Shown here: piece by piece, positions 1-13,856 of the stretch
How positions within the stretch are numbered: the first letter of the stretch is position 1
How the letters are laid out: each line of letters starts with the position of its first letter
NCBI GenBank assembly: GCA_951406725.2
Contig: OX597839.1
Location: forward strand, 17,732,001-17,796,000
Length of the DNA stretch: 64,000 bases
Reading direction: 5' to 3'
Source of the DNA: Octopus vulgaris
Taxonomy: Eukaryota
Notes under the pieces: generated by a model
Told to the model about the DNA's origin: nothing
What the model saw: only the letters and a program-made list of their open reading frames with translations
Database searches by the model: none
Position numbers and translations under genes: made by a program

Positions 1-276
1 AATATACATGTAAAAATATACTTGAAAAGGATAAATAAAGAAAGAGTGATACATCGATTCAAAATTATATTAAATATAAGATTAAGAATGTTGAATTAAG
101 AATTATAAGTTGTTGGTACATCAACAGCAGTGGGAAATCTTAATGATGGATTTGAAAGTCAGAGAAATAATAAGGATAAATTTGTTCCAACTTCATTATG
201 GTCTTCTTCTCCTTCTTTTTTCTGGATGTGGTGTCTACTCAATCAGTTAGGTGGTGTCCACTTATCCTTTAAGCAT

Positions 277-590
277 CATCATCATCATCATCGTTTAACG
301 TCCGTTCTCCATGCTAGCATGGGTTGGACGGTTCGACCAGGGATCTGGGAAGCCAGAAGGCTGCACCAGGCTCCAGTCTTATCTGGCAATGTTTCTACAG
401 CTGGATGCCCTTCCTAACACCAACCACTCCGTGAGTGTAGTGTGTGCTTTTTACGTGCCACCTGCACAGGTGCCAGGCGAGGCTGGCAACAGCCACGGTC
501 TGATTGGTGCATTTTACGTGCCACCGGCACGGAAGCCAGTTGAGGCGGCACTGGCATCGGCCACAATTCGGATGGTGCTTTTTACGTGTA
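277..590 (-). mobile_element. SINE-like repeat family C (tail ...CCATGCTAGCATGGAAAACGGACGTTAAACGATGATG, internal ~50-bp tandem units)
   Basis: Reverse complement ends in a (GAT)n tail and contains GTTAGGAAGGGCATCCAGCTGTAGAAAC. Related copies at ~3903, 9400, 18978, 21525-22100, 35758, 38566, 50130-50430, 50608 and 56445. Confidence 0.8.
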
Positions 591-599
591 TATATATTA

Positions 600-805
600 C
601 CTTTTATTTGCTTCAGTCAGACTGTGACCATGCGATGGTACCACCTTAAAGAATTTTAGTCGGACTTATTGAGCCCTGTACCTTTGAATGAGTGGTACTT
701 ATTCTGTTGATTTCTTTTGCCAACCACTAAGTTATGGAGACGTAAAACACACCAATACCAGTTGTCAAGTATTAGTGGAAGACGAATACGCAAAGACACA
801 CAAAC

Positions 806-846
<41 letters not shown>

Positions 847-1227
847 TTATTCAATATATATATATAAGGTTTATTCAATATATATATAAGGTTTATTCAA
901 AGCAATGAATAGCTTATGACGAAACCATGGTAAGCTTTGCTTTCTGACTTTTTAATCATCTCATAATAATGACTTTTATGACTTTTATTACTACCTCAGT
1001 TCATCTAAATGTATATATCTGTTGTTACCTTTCATAAAAAGCCTTTTCTTTTTTTATTTACAATATGCATTTTCATTGATTTTTCTTAATTTCCCCTTAC
1101 ATTTCCACGTGTATTTTATATTTTCTTTTTGTAACATATTTCTACTATATATAGGCGGCGAGCTGGCAGAAACGTTAGCACGCCGGGCGAAATGCGTAGC
1201 TGTATTTCGTCTGTCGTCACGTTCCGA

Positions 1228-1263
<36 letters not shown>

Positions 1264-1360
1264 GGTCTTCTTCGGTTTCCATCTACTAAATCCACTCGCA
1301 AGGTGTCACACTGTGGGACTGAACCCAGAACCATGTGACTGGGAAGCAAACTTCTTACTT
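600..1360 (-). mobile_element. Fragmented tRNA-derived SINE family A with inserted microsatellite and a truncated family-B SINE (1153-1229)
   Basis: 600-810 matches the 3' part and 1262-1360 the head/core of the 12032-12436 element. Confidence 0.65.
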
Positions 1361-2288
1361 CAGTAACATAAAAACTTTTATTCCATAAGTCCCAAGTTAT
1401 TCTGGCAGTTGAAAACAAATCAGGAGTATGTATCATATATAATACATGGATGCCAGGAAAATATGTCCCATGTATTACATGTGGCACACAGCATAGGCAA
1501 AGGGTTAAGTCGACGACTATGAGTGTCCTCTGTAACACTGTGTCAGTGTGGAAACAAAAATCGATATTTTAACGATGGAAAAAAAATAATAGTTTCATTT
1601 TGTTTTTTGATGTGTTTGATGGTGTGAGACTTCTTAGTAACCAGTTGCAATAGATTCTATATATTCACACCCAGAACCACCAAGTGGTGGAGTGAACTTC
1701 TTACTAAGTCACACGATGTAAATATAATGTGACATTTTAATGGGGATATTTATTATATAAATGACTCAAAACTTTTATACAGAATCCTCGCAAGTTTTAG
1801 AACTTCAAGTAATGTCTGTTCAAGTTTCTGTTTCCAAGAAAGAATTATTCTAATATATATCTAAAGTACCAAGAACAAAACAAAACAAAACAAGGCAAAA
1901 CAAACAAAAAACAAACGAATGAAAAGCCACCTAAATAATTTATTTGCCATTATCTACTTATCTATTATTACTAATTGATTAATTAATTTTCATTTATCTA
2001 TCAATTATTTATTTTTTTGTTTATTTGGTAAATAGTGTTGTTGTTGTTGTTGGTGTTGGTGATGTTGTAAGAGATGGATGTGGTGGTGGTGGTGGTGAAG
2101 GCAACAGTGGTGTAGTGGTGGTGTTATTTCTTTTCTTTAATCTAACATTACCAAAAAAAAACAAAATAAATAAATAAATACAAAGTTAAAAAAATAAATA
2201 AATGTGATTTATATCCCATTGAAGTCTGAGAAATTGCTGCATTTCTGGTCACTAAGTTTTCTACATCATTAAGTTCACTATGTATATG

Positions 2289-2357
<69 letters not shown>

Positions 2358-2407
2358 TACACAAATACATATATATTTATACATACACACTCACATCCAT
2401 CTATCCA

Positions 2408-2441
<34 letters not shown>

Positions 2442-3429
2442 CATGCATACATACATACATATAGTATAGCATGAGATAAAGCAACAATGAAATGTGATAG
2501 ATAACACAACAAAAACCACATATATAATACAATAAGGAAGCAAAAAGTAAAATAAAAACATTGAAAAGAGGGGGAGGGAGGACCAGACTGTAAAAAATTA
2601 GAAAGTATAATAAAAAAATGATTCACCATTAAAAAAATATTTTTAAAAAATATTTCCCTTATACTTCAAAATCTATTGTTGATATTGTGTGTTTCTCTTC
2701 ATCTTTGCTGTCTTTATTGGCCTTTTTTGTTGTGTTGTTGTTTTATTTTATTTATTTAATTATGTATTTCTTATTAGTTTTTTTTTTTTTAAAGTAAATT
2801 GCTGTTAACTGATATATTATAGAGAATTGATTTGTAAAGGCAATTACTACTCGATTGGATTTGCTTTCTCATCGGAAAGAAAATAAGGAGAAAAAAAAAT
2901 CGAAAATATATCTTTGATAAACCCGAAAATGTTTACTAAGATTGTTGGCCTGATATAATAATATTTACTAAAGTTGATTCATTTGAGAAATAAAATCAAC
3001 ATAATAATCAACCCAAATGAATGTTATAAATAATATATGTACATGTATGTACAGAACACACATGTATGTAAGGGCAAATATAAATAAGCAAATGATGTAT
3101 GCATGCATATGTATATACATACACACACATACATATATGAATGTATTAGATAATTTATACAATTATATATTAACATATATATAAATAACTAACTATATAC
3201 ATAATACGTAGTAATATATCTATAAATATATATTGTATATTACATATACAACTCTGTATGTGTATGTGTAGTTCAATGCCTGTTGCTTTGCTGATGGCGA
3301 AAAGGCAAAGCTTTACATTTTAAATTGTTTGTCTATTTAAAATGCTACCTTTGATATAAAATATATTAAATTTAAATACAAAGAGTCTTTGAAAGAATTA
3401 ATGTTAACTTTACTTCTATTTATGCCAAA

Positions 3430-3680
3430 CTTACCATTAACTCTGAATGAGAGACCTTTCCGTGTATGCATCAATAACCAACCAAGTCATTGAGCTATAA
3501 GGACTTCTGGTAGAAAATTGTCAAACGTTTCTACCAAGGATTAATAATTTACCTCCAAGAAGTTGCTCATTGTTCATTACATCTTGAAGCATGCAGTTCA
3601 AAGCTTTTAGAAGGTATTGGTGACACATTGGGGATTTGTGCCATACAAATAGCTGAGTGTTGTACAGGAGATGACCAGTT
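3430..3680 (-). pseudogene. Helitron PIF1-like helicase remnant
   Basis: Manual minus-strand translation PMCHQYLLKALNCMLQDVMNNEQLLGGKLLILGRNV*Q resembles the Helitron helicase motif M..K..EA+DR.L+D+...FGGK.+++GGDFRQ. Contains stops. Confidence 0.75.
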
Positions 3681-3685
3681 GCATA

Positions 3686-4385
3686 TTACTCTTTACTTGT
3701 TTCAGTCATTTGACTGTGGCCATGCTGGAGCACCGTCTTTAATCGAGCAACTCGACCCTGGGACTTATTCTTTTGTAAGCCCAGTACTTATTCTATCAGT
3801 CTCTTTTGCCAAACCGCTAAGTAACGGGGACATAAACACACCAGCATCGGTTGTCAAGCAATGCTAGGGGGACAAATACACACACACACATATATATATA
3901 TATCATCATCATCATCATCATCGTCTAGCGTCCGTTTTCCATGCTAGCATGGGTTGGACGGTTCTACTGGGGTCTGTGAAGCCAGAAGGCTTCATCAGGC
4001 CCAGTCAGATCTGGCAGTGTTTCTACGGCTGGATGCCCTTCCTAACGCCAACCACTCCGTGAGTGTAGTGGGTGCTTTTTACGTGCCACCCGCATAGGTG
4101 CCAGACAGAGCTGGCAAACGGCCACGAACGGATGGTGCTTTTTATGTGCCACCGGCACGAGGGCCAGGCGAGGCTGGCAACGGACACGAACGGATATATA
4201 TATATATATATATATATGTACGACGGGCTTCTTTCAGTTTCCGTCTACCAAATCCACTCACAAGGCTTTGGTCGGCCCGAAGCTATAGTAGAAGACACTT
4301 GCCCAAGGTGCCACGCAGTGGGACTGAACCTGGAACCATGTGGTTGGTAAACAAGCTACTTACCACACAGCCACTCCTGCGCCTA
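3686..4385 (-). mobile_element. SINE family A with a family-C element (3903-4195) nested in its internal (TA)n
   Basis: 3686-3900 and 4219-4385 match the tail and head of the 12032-12436 element. The intervening segment matches family C. Confidence 0.85.
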
Positions 4386-4429
4386 TAATGGAGAATTTGA
4401 AAAATCTCCAGTATGATTTAGATTATCCA

Positions 4430-5340
4430 AGTTACCTGCAAGTCTAATTATTTAATTATCTCACCTTGCAGATTTGCATCACTGATGTCAAGACTCAGTC
4501 ATTCTTGTTCTCTTTCTAGCAAGATTGTAGAATGACTTGCACCTTTGGACATGTATTTATACAGGCATTTGACAGTTTTATATAGGACACTTGCAACCCA
4601 TTCAGCGTTGATGTGGTCTTCATATTTTTGAAGTAGCCAAATGCTGTAGGGAGTTACATATTGATTATCTACTATGTTTCCAACTAACACTTTAACAGTG
4701 CAACCTCCTTCAATAGGACTCCATCACTACTGCTGTGAATAACAGTTGTCACCATTTATCATTGATAAAGGAAACTCATAGAGTTAATTCTTGCTGCAAC
4801 ATCCACTTAGCAAGTAAGCTGAACTTGCATTCTATTCTCTCTCTACATGGTCCATGAATTATGTGTTTTTTACCAAACCATAAAGACCAATTGTGTATAC
4901 ATTATTTGTATCAGATAATTCAGCAGTGACAACTTTGTTGATTCCTTGCCATTTTTGTGCCAACATTGTTGTGGTTGATTTTCAATTATAAAAAGAAAAT
5001 GGCAATGAGTTAAGCCTCTTTTCTGGAATTCAGTTCTGTTCACATGGACTGTTAGGTTTCCCAAAATGTCAGATTTGAAATATTGTAGAGGTTGCTGCTA
5101 CTTCAGTTTAAAAACTCGTGCAGTTATATCATGTTTATCTCTTATGCTTTTGACCTTCATTGGTGTCTGTTGTAATTTCTTCCCAATTGCCACCTTTTCA
5201 TAGACTTGACTCAATACATTCATCTTTCCTTTTCTTATCAGCTCTCACTTTGCTATATCTTCCCATCAAAAGTAAGCACCAAACCTCTGCAATTCTTATT
5301 CTGCCCACATTTTCTCCACTCTTAATGTATTTGTCAACCT
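4430..5340 (-). pseudogene. Helitron Rep (HUH endonuclease) remnant
   Basis: Collinear motifs on the minus strand: NWEEIT, HDITARVFKLK, EFQKRGLTHCHFLFII (HUH motif 2), and DNQYVTPYSIWLLQKYEDHINAE...VKCLYKYMSKG. Frameshifted. Confidence 0.9.
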
Positions 5341-5344
5341 AAGA

Positions 5345-7428
5345 TACAAGATGCTTGCTCAGTTTGAAAAAGTTCTAGTAGACAATGGTTACCCACTAAA
5401 TGCTAGTATGTCAATTTATCTCACACGGAAGGTTCACACCTCCAGAGATAGAACCACTGCTGAAAATCATCAAATTATCTCTGAAAAGCTGAGTTCAAAT
5501 TCCGCTGTGGTTGACTTTGCCTTTCATCTTTTTGGGGTCGATAAATTAAGTACCAGTTACCCACTGGGGTCGATGTAATCGACTTAATGCGTTTGTTTGC
5601 CCTTGTTTGACCCCTCTGTGTTTAGCCCCTTGTGGGTAGTAAAGAAATAGGTATGTAATGGTGCCTCATTGTGAAAGTTCCTGTCAAAGGATTGTTCAGT
5701 AGACATCGACAAAATGTTCACACTAGTCAACTACTCTATCAGCAATGGAGATATATACTTGAAGGTTTACAGACCAGATTTGGATGAAATACTGCAACTT
5801 TGCCACATTTACCACCATACATACACTATATAATGTTAATAATATATATTGAGTTTTCAGATGAATTATAAATATAAAGAGATTTTACATTATTTGTATA
5901 CATACCTTCAGCTGGATGTTGTGAGTTGCTTCAGAAGTGGAAGAGCTTGTGATACTGATGAAGGGAAATAACCACAAAATATCACTATCTGTTGCTCTTG
6001 TTCACTTCTGAGACAATTGAGTGTCACCTAGCTTTAAAATATACTGAGTTTTTTAACTTGATAGGTATTTAAAGGGGTCATCTCCATTGGATGAAATACT
6101 GCAGCTTTGCCACATTTACTCTCAAGTGGTGAGAGATGAGAGCAAGCAAAAGTGAGACACACATATTGAAGTAGTGTTGTTTGAATAAAGCATTGTGAGA
6201 TAGAGTTAAACAACTCTATAAGCATCGGTTGTACATGCTTCTGCTTCATGCTCTTGTTTGATGAAGCTGAGTTTATCCCAGGTTGGTGATCCCAGATGCG
6301 TCATTGTGCATAGTGCCAATCAGCTCCACTGGTGCTCCCCATTGCTGGTAGTCCAATGCTACCCCTCTGCATCATCCAAAATGATGTCAAGCCTCTGGAA
6401 ATCTTCCTTGTGCATGCCTGGGAAAATACTAGTCATCTTCAAAATATGTACTAAATAGTCTGAAAAAAATGACAGATTCTACATTGGAAGCACCATCTGG
6501 AAACTGAATATCTGCATTGAGGAACACATCCACACAAATACTTCTGTTAAGGAACATCTAGATAAATGATGCTTCCAATACATCACAATTATCGTCAAGG
6601 CTATGGAATAGAACATTAGTAATTTGAGAATTAAGGCACTTTATCCTTATTAATAAAGTGAATTCAACTATTAATGATATACATAAACCTCACAAAATGG
6701 ACAAGTAGGATAAAAATGGTTTCACATTTTGGCACAAGGCCAGTCGTTTTGGAGAGAAGGTTTGTCAACTATATTCTTCCCAGTGCTCAGCTGCTAATTT
6801 TACCAAAGACGAAAGAATGATTAGCTATAATAATAATACCAGAGTTCACATGTTGCAAAACTTCACCATCATGCATATCTATGCAGAAAATATAAGTTCA
6901 TCATCATCATCATCCATTTTCTCTTTACAAAGGAGTTTTAACCTTGAATTACTCAAATATAAAATGAAATGTTAACCCTTCCTTTGCCTCTTTCATTTCT
7001 GTTTGTGTTCATTTATTTCTGATTGATATTGTATTGGCTTTTTGCAAACAACTTTAACAGCTCTGTCTCACGATGCTTTATTCAAACAACACTACTTGAA
7101 TATGTGTATCTCACTTTCACTTTCTCTTTTGTCTCTCACCGCTTTCTCTCTATTTATATTTATTTCATACTTAGTGTATGTATAGTAGTAAATGTGGCAA
7201 AGCTGCAGTATTTCATCCAACGGAGATGACCCCTTTAAAGACCTATCAAGTTAAAAAACTCAGTATATTTTAAAGCTAGGTGACACCCAATTGTCTCAGA
7301 AGTGAACAAGAGCAACAGATAGTGATATTTTGTGGTTATTTCATCTCATCAGTATCACAAGCTCTTCCACTTCTGAAGCAACTCACAACATCCAGCTGAA
7401 GGCATGTATACAAATAATGTAAAATCTA
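5345..7428. mobile_element. Probable degraded Penelope-like element with long inverted repeats
   Basis: EKVLVDNGYP (NGYP is typical of the PLE RT C-terminal region) at ~5365-5396. A weak GIY-YIG-like tail (KEHL...LRIK.L.I.NK.N.TIN) at ~6550-6675. Inverted repeat 5879-6210 vs ~7055-7428. Confidence 0.5.
5455..5652 (+). mobile_element. SINE family B, 3' portion
   Basis: GAGTTCAAATTCCGC B-box-like motif, CTTTGCCTTTCATCTTTTTGGGGTCGATAAATTAAGTACCAG core, TAGCCCCTTGTGGGTAGTAAAGAAA tail. Confidence 0.8.
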
Positions 7429-7669
7429 TTTGCTGATGCACTAAAGCATCGTTCAATGAAGACAAAATTCAAATTTCGTGTTTGAAGCAGTTTAATAATG
7501 TAAACATTATCAATATCACATATTTAATGTATGTGCTTTAGTAAAGGCCACAAAACTACGGTATTTTGTCTAACAGAGGTTCTTTTAAAGATGTTTAGCA
7601 TTAAAAAACACCAAACAGATTTCTCTGATAACCCAATATACATATATATATATATATATATATATGTGC

Positions 7670-7723
<54 letters not shown>

Positions 7724-7726
7724 ATA

Positions 7727-7760
<34 letters not shown>

Positions 7761-9007
7761 TGCTGGTGCATCTCAGTCAACATGGTCAGTATATCCTGTT
7801 ATCTTGCTACATATGTATACGCACACACACATACACAGACAAACACACACACACACATATGTATTATTAGGTAGTCAGATAAATTCATTCATTTTTTTCT
7901 CTACTTTGCGCTTCATTGTCTATGAAAAGATGAAATTTATTTGTATTTCAAAAATAATGCTGGACTTTGGCATATGGAAAAAGGGATGTTAAATGATGAC
8001 GACGATGATGATGATGATGGTAAACAAAAGTTGTAAAGGAAGAATAGAACTACAAAAAAAACATAGAACACTATGATATAATATATTTCATGTTAATTCA
8101 AATAACAATGGAAAGGGTAAAAATAAATAGAGAAAATTGAACAAATTTATCTGGCAACCCAATGTGTGTGTGTGTGTGTATTTGTTTGTTTGTGTATGTG
8201 TTTGTAAGTATACACATATATGCAGTATAATCCATTGCATATCATATTGTTGAAAGAAAAACAAAGTCAAAGTGCTGCTTGCTGTTTGCTACTTAAGAAC
8301 ATTAATCCTACTATCAGAGAATGAACCTCTGCCATGTAGAGGCCATAAAGCTCATTAGCTTGGTCAGTCTGACTTTGCTCTTTGTGACTTTGAGATAGAT
8401 TTTTCTTTCCTTATAGTTCACTTATAAATAAATCGATTTACTTGTTTAATTCTCCTGTTTTCTCTCTCTAAAAGTTAGATTTGAAAATTAAACAAATAAT
8501 TCTGATTTTTTCCCCCACTTTTTTTTTTGTATCTGTCATTAGACAGAGTAGAGAATGAGTGTAAGAAACCCTACAGAATTTAAATGACAGCACTTAAATG
8601 ACAGGCTTAAATATTGAATAAATATCGATTAAATTTTGAACAATTTGTTTATTGATATATCTTATTTATTTTTCATCTTTATTTATCTATTTCTCAAATT
8701 TGTGAATCAAGAAATGCTAGTTTTCTCTACTTAAAATGTTGGAATGAATGTTTATGCACACACACACATATATATATGTATATAGTTACATAGTGTGCAT
8801 GTGCATATGTGTGTATGTGTGGTGTGTGTGTATGTATATATACTGTATATAGTAGCAGGTGTGGCTGTTTGCTTCAGCAGCATGCTTCCCAACCATGGGG
8901 GTCTTCATTTCTGTCTCACTGTGTGGCACCTTGAAAAGGGTCTTTTGTGATTTCTCCAGCCAACCAAAGCCTTGTGAGAAGATTTAGTAGATTGAAACTG
9001 ACAGAAG

Positions 9008-9041
<34 letters not shown>

Positions 9042-10924
9042 ATGCATGTGTGTGTGCATGCATGTGTGTGTGTGCATGCATGTGTGTGTGTGCATGCATG
9101 TGTGTGTGTGGACAAATATGTTTGTGTGTACATCATCCAGACATCACGTGATGGTTGTAAATGAGTGTCATCATCATACCAGTAAGGTATTTCCAGTCTT
9201 TCTTGATAAAACATGTCTAACAATGGAAAAATATTATCTTGTTTTGAAACAAGCAAGTGTTGGCGCCATGGAGGGCATCTGCCTGTAGAAAATCTGCCTT
9301 AGCTAATTTCATGTGACCCATGCAAACATGGAAAGCTGAACGTTAAAGAATGATGATGATGTATGTTTATGCTATATCTCTCTATATATAATCATCATCA
9401 TCACCATTGTCATTTAGTGTCTGCTTTCCATGCTGACACGGGTTAGTTAGTTTGACTGGAACTGGTAAGCTGGAGAGCTGCACCTGGTTCCAATCTGATT
9501 TAGCATGGTTTCTATGGCTGGATGCCCTTCCTAACACTAACTACTCCAAGAGTGTAATGGGTGCATTTTCCTGCCAGTTATGTGAAACCAGCATTGGCCA
9601 CAACTACGACTTCACTTGGCTTGATGAGTCTTCACAAGCACAGAATATTGCCAAAGGTCTCAGTCACTTATCACCTCCACGAAGGCCAATGTTTGAAGGG
9701 TGCTTTTTACATACCACCAGCACAAGTACCTGTTATGTGACACCAGCATTAGCCCGATTTCAGTTAATTGGTTAGCAGACCTCATATTATTTGCATTGAC
9801 TCTATGCAATCTTATGTCAGATCCTACTGAGGTTAAATTTATTTTTATCCTTCCAGGATTGATAGAAGCAGTACCAGTCCTGGACAGTGGATTGGCATAA
9901 CTGTTAGAGGTGGGGAGTTCCTTTCAGAATTTGTTCTTGATCTTTACATTTTGGCATTAGTACCATGTATGTGGTTCTTTCCTTGAAAAAAAATAATAAA
10001 AAAACCAGTTGTAGCATGGGGAGAAATGGCTTGCATACCTAACTCAAAAAATCTGCAGGGTCAATTTAGACAAAATAACTGTTTACTTCCCCCTTATTAT
10101 TTTTTATTTTTGTTTCATTAATATTTTTAGATATAATATTTTAATTTAATAAGTTTAAGTGTTGTAAGTTTCACACACTCACACACATATATGAAAGGTT
10201 TTTTTTTCAGTTTCTAGCTACGAAATCGACTCACAAGACTTTGGTTGGCCAAGGGCTATAGTAGAAGACAGTTGCTCAAGGTGCCATGAAGTGAAACTGA
10301 ACACAAAATCACATGATTGAAAATCTTGCAAATGTGTGTGTGTTTGTATGTGTATTTGTATATATTTATGTGTCTTGGTTTCTCCTAATTCCTCAGATAA
10401 AAACAAAATCCAAGTTTGACGTACTCTAAGCAACCATGTATTGTTGTTCATATTTTGCCTAAAACAACTGAGCTTATTTCTCTGGAAATTTTGTTTACAT
10501 TCAAAACTACCTCTTGGTTTAATTACCTCAGAGATTAAGAAATTAATGAATTAATGAACCACCTTTTGCACGCGCGTGCTCACACACAAACATACTCTGT
10601 GTGTGTGTGTGTGTGCCAATAACCAGAAAGTGAACAGTAAGAATAATCACAATAAAATCACAACAGCATCAATAATAACAGGATTTTGCTTTATATGTTT
10701 GTTTCTCATTCTTATGAGAAAAGGATTACAGAGCAATTGTAGTAGTTTTTGATCTGAAGATTTAAATGGCTTGTAAGAAGACCTCTACTGGCTAAAATAT
10801 TTTGCTGCTTTGACATGCCAGCTTTGGAAAGAGAAGATTAAGCTAAATAATTAGAAAATTAATTGTGCAATATTTGTTTTGTTTTGCTTTCAGGATGAGG
10901 TATTTTTAAACTCTTATATATATA

Positions 10925-10960
<36 letters not shown>

Positions 10961-11633
10961 TTCATATATATATATATATATATATAAACATTCATAGAAG
11001 TATATACATATATAGAGAGATTTATACACACACACACACACATATATAATTGTACATAAAAATATATACATATATTTGTATGAACAAACTTAGATACACA
11101 TAAACGTATATAAACATACATAGAAATACACACACATGCACACATACACACATATACATATGTGCATGCATGTGTGTATATTTGTCTGCATGTATATGCA
11201 TACATCTGTGTATATATGAGCGTGTGCATGCATGTATATTTGTATCGATATTCAAAATCTTATTTGTACAAATGGCAAACTGAAATACCATAATACTGAA
11301 GTGAAATTGATAAACTCTAGACTTTCTTAATACATTTAATTCTGAGAGATAGAAGCTATAGAACTGACACACAGAGATTATAAGCCAACAACTTCAGTTT
11401 TTATTATTACTATTGCTGTTTCTAATGTCATTGTTCTTCCTTCTTTACCTCCTCCCACTACACATTTATAAGGATAACATATATTGCTGTTGTTCATAGT
11501 GAATTCCTACCATCAAATTCTGGTTAACAAAGGCTGCAGAAAAGCAACAACAGCAACACACTTCTTTTCCTTTCCCTTCTTCATTATTTTTTGGCTTGTT
11601 TTGCATGCATTTTGCTAGCTTTTTTATTATTTA

Positions 11634-12003
<370 letters not shown>

Positions 12004-12031
12004 TTAGAAATAAAAAAGGAAAGTAAACAAT

Positions 12032-12436
12032 AGGCGCAGGAGTGGCTGTGTGGTAAGTAGCTTGCTAACCAACCACATGGTTCCGGGTTCAGTCCCACTG
12101 CGTGGCATCTTGGGCAAGTGTCTTCTGCTATAGCCCCGGGCCGACCAATGCCTTGTGAGTGGATTTGGTAGACGGAAACTGAAAGAAGCCTGTCGTATAT
12201 ATGTATATATATATATGCCTGTGTGTGTTTGTGTCTGTGTTTGTCGCCCTAGCATTGCTTGACAACCGATGCTGGTGTGTTTATGTCCCCGTCACTTAGC
12301 GGTTCGGCAAAAGAGACCGATAGAATAAGTACTGGGCTCACAAAGAATAAGTCCCGGGGTCGATTTGCTCGACTAAAGGCGGTGCTCCAGCATGGCCGCA
12401 GTCAAATGACTGAAACAAGTAAAAGAGTAAAGAGTA
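12032..12436 (+). mobile_element. Near full-length tRNA-derived SINE family A (CORE-like central part, internal microsatellite)
   Basis: A box (GGCTGTGTGGTAAG), B box (GGTTCAGTCCC), TTGGGCAAGTGTCTTC core-like segment, (TA)/(TG) tract, tail ending (AAGAGTA)n. Many copies in the window. Confidence 0.88.
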
Positions 12437-12491
12437 ATATCATCATCATCATTGGTGTTGCTGTTGTCATTGTTATTATTATCATTATTAA

Positions 12492-12528
<37 letters not shown>

Positions 12529-12757
12529 ATTATTATTATTATTATTATTATTGAGGTGGTGAACTGGCAGAATCATTACCATGCCGGGCAAAATATTTAG
12601 TGACATTTCATCTGTCTTCACATTATGAGTTCAAATCTCACTGAGGTTGACTTTGCCTTTCATCTTTTTGAATTCGATAAAATAAATACCAGTTGAGTAC
12701 TGGGGATTGATGTAATCGACTTACCCCACTCTCCTGTGCCATATGCCAAAATGTGAA

Positions 12758-13232
12758 GCCAAGGTGGTATGGTGGACCCGTTTGAAAGGGCTAAGGTCAG
12801 ACACTTGCCTCTTCGGCCAAGGCCTCATCAACTTTTACAAGTTTCACTTGAAAAGGAAGGTGAGAGTAGAGAGGGAAGTGCTGTCTGATAGCATGTTTAC
12901 TGAAAGGTGGAAAAATGTCGCAAGAATGGCCAGTATAAATGGACCAATTCTGAGGATACACCTGTAATATAAAAAGGTATTATAAAGGGAGAAAGGGGTT
13001 CTCTACCCCCCTTTTGACCAGGCTCCTGTGGCTTTTATGGGTTTTCCCATGAGTAACCTTTCGAAGTGCCTCCCCCTATTGGGAATTTCAATTGTTATAT
13101 TTTCGTTGTTATCTCTGGAATTTTTACCCGTTTTTTTGCAAACGGACAAAACCCTTTGTAACTTTCATCCTGTGTTTTGTCCCTTTATGTTTTAATTAAT
13201 TTTCGTCAGCCCTTGTGGCCAATAAACAAATT
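12758..13232 (+). mobile_element. 3' end of a Tx1/L1-type LINE (ORF2 C-terminus plus 3' UTR)
   Basis: AKVVWWTRLKG...LKRKVRVEREVLSDSMFTERWKNV...IHL* (stop 12967) fits the K..+W..R / F..+W C-terminus of L1/Tx1 ORF2. T-rich UTR ends CAGCCCTTGTGGCCAATAAAC. Confidence 0.6.
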
Positions 13233-13491
13233 AATTATCATTATTATTATTATTGAGGCAGTGAGCTGGCAGATTTGTCACCATACAGGACAAAGTGCTT
13301 AGCAGCATTTCTTCTGTTTTTGCATTCTGAATTCAAAATCCACTGAGGTTGACCTTGCCTTTCATCCCTTTAAAGGTCAATAAGATGAGTACCAGTTAAA
13401 CACTGGGGTTAATGTAATTGATTCACGCCTTCCACAAAATTACTGCCCTTGTGCCAAAATTTGAAACCATAATTATTATTATTATTATTAT

Positions 13492-13856
13492 TTCTATTGT
13501 TTTTCTGAAGGACTCTCAGATAGTTCTTAATTGCCGGTTCTTCTTCAAAGCAGGCAATAACAAATCACCAAAGGCTTCAAGTGACACAAAGAGACAATAA
13601 TCTCCTTAGAAAGCGAGCTGTACCCAACAATGCTGTCTTCTGGATCACCTCGAGCCTGACAGCAGCTCCAATATTCTCAATATGTATTTCAAAGCCCTTG
13701 GAAACTGTTCCTAATGCTCCAATTACCACCGGTATCACCATTACTTTCCTCATGCCCCATAACTTTCCTATCTCGTCCTGCAGTGGCTGGTATTTCTCAA
13801 TCTTTTCTGTTTCCTTACATTTCACCCTTGAATCACCTGGTATTGCAACATCTATT
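13492..13856 (-). mobile_element. R4/Dong-like non-LTR retrotransposon 3' fragment (RLE endonuclease)
   Basis: IIDVAIPGDSRVKCKETEKIEKYQPL..IPVVIGALG..IQKTALLGTARFLRR. The 3' end abuts an (AAT)n tract at 13472-13490. The 5' side is cut by a family-A SINE. Confidence 0.85.

Noticed and set aside
5949-5990. Hammerhead at CTGATGAAGGGAAA
   Set aside because: No real stem II and no UH triplet adjacent to stem I.
12032-12105. tRNA gene
   Set aside because: A and B boxes are present but continue into a SINE body, there are many decayed copies, and no full cloverleaf forms.
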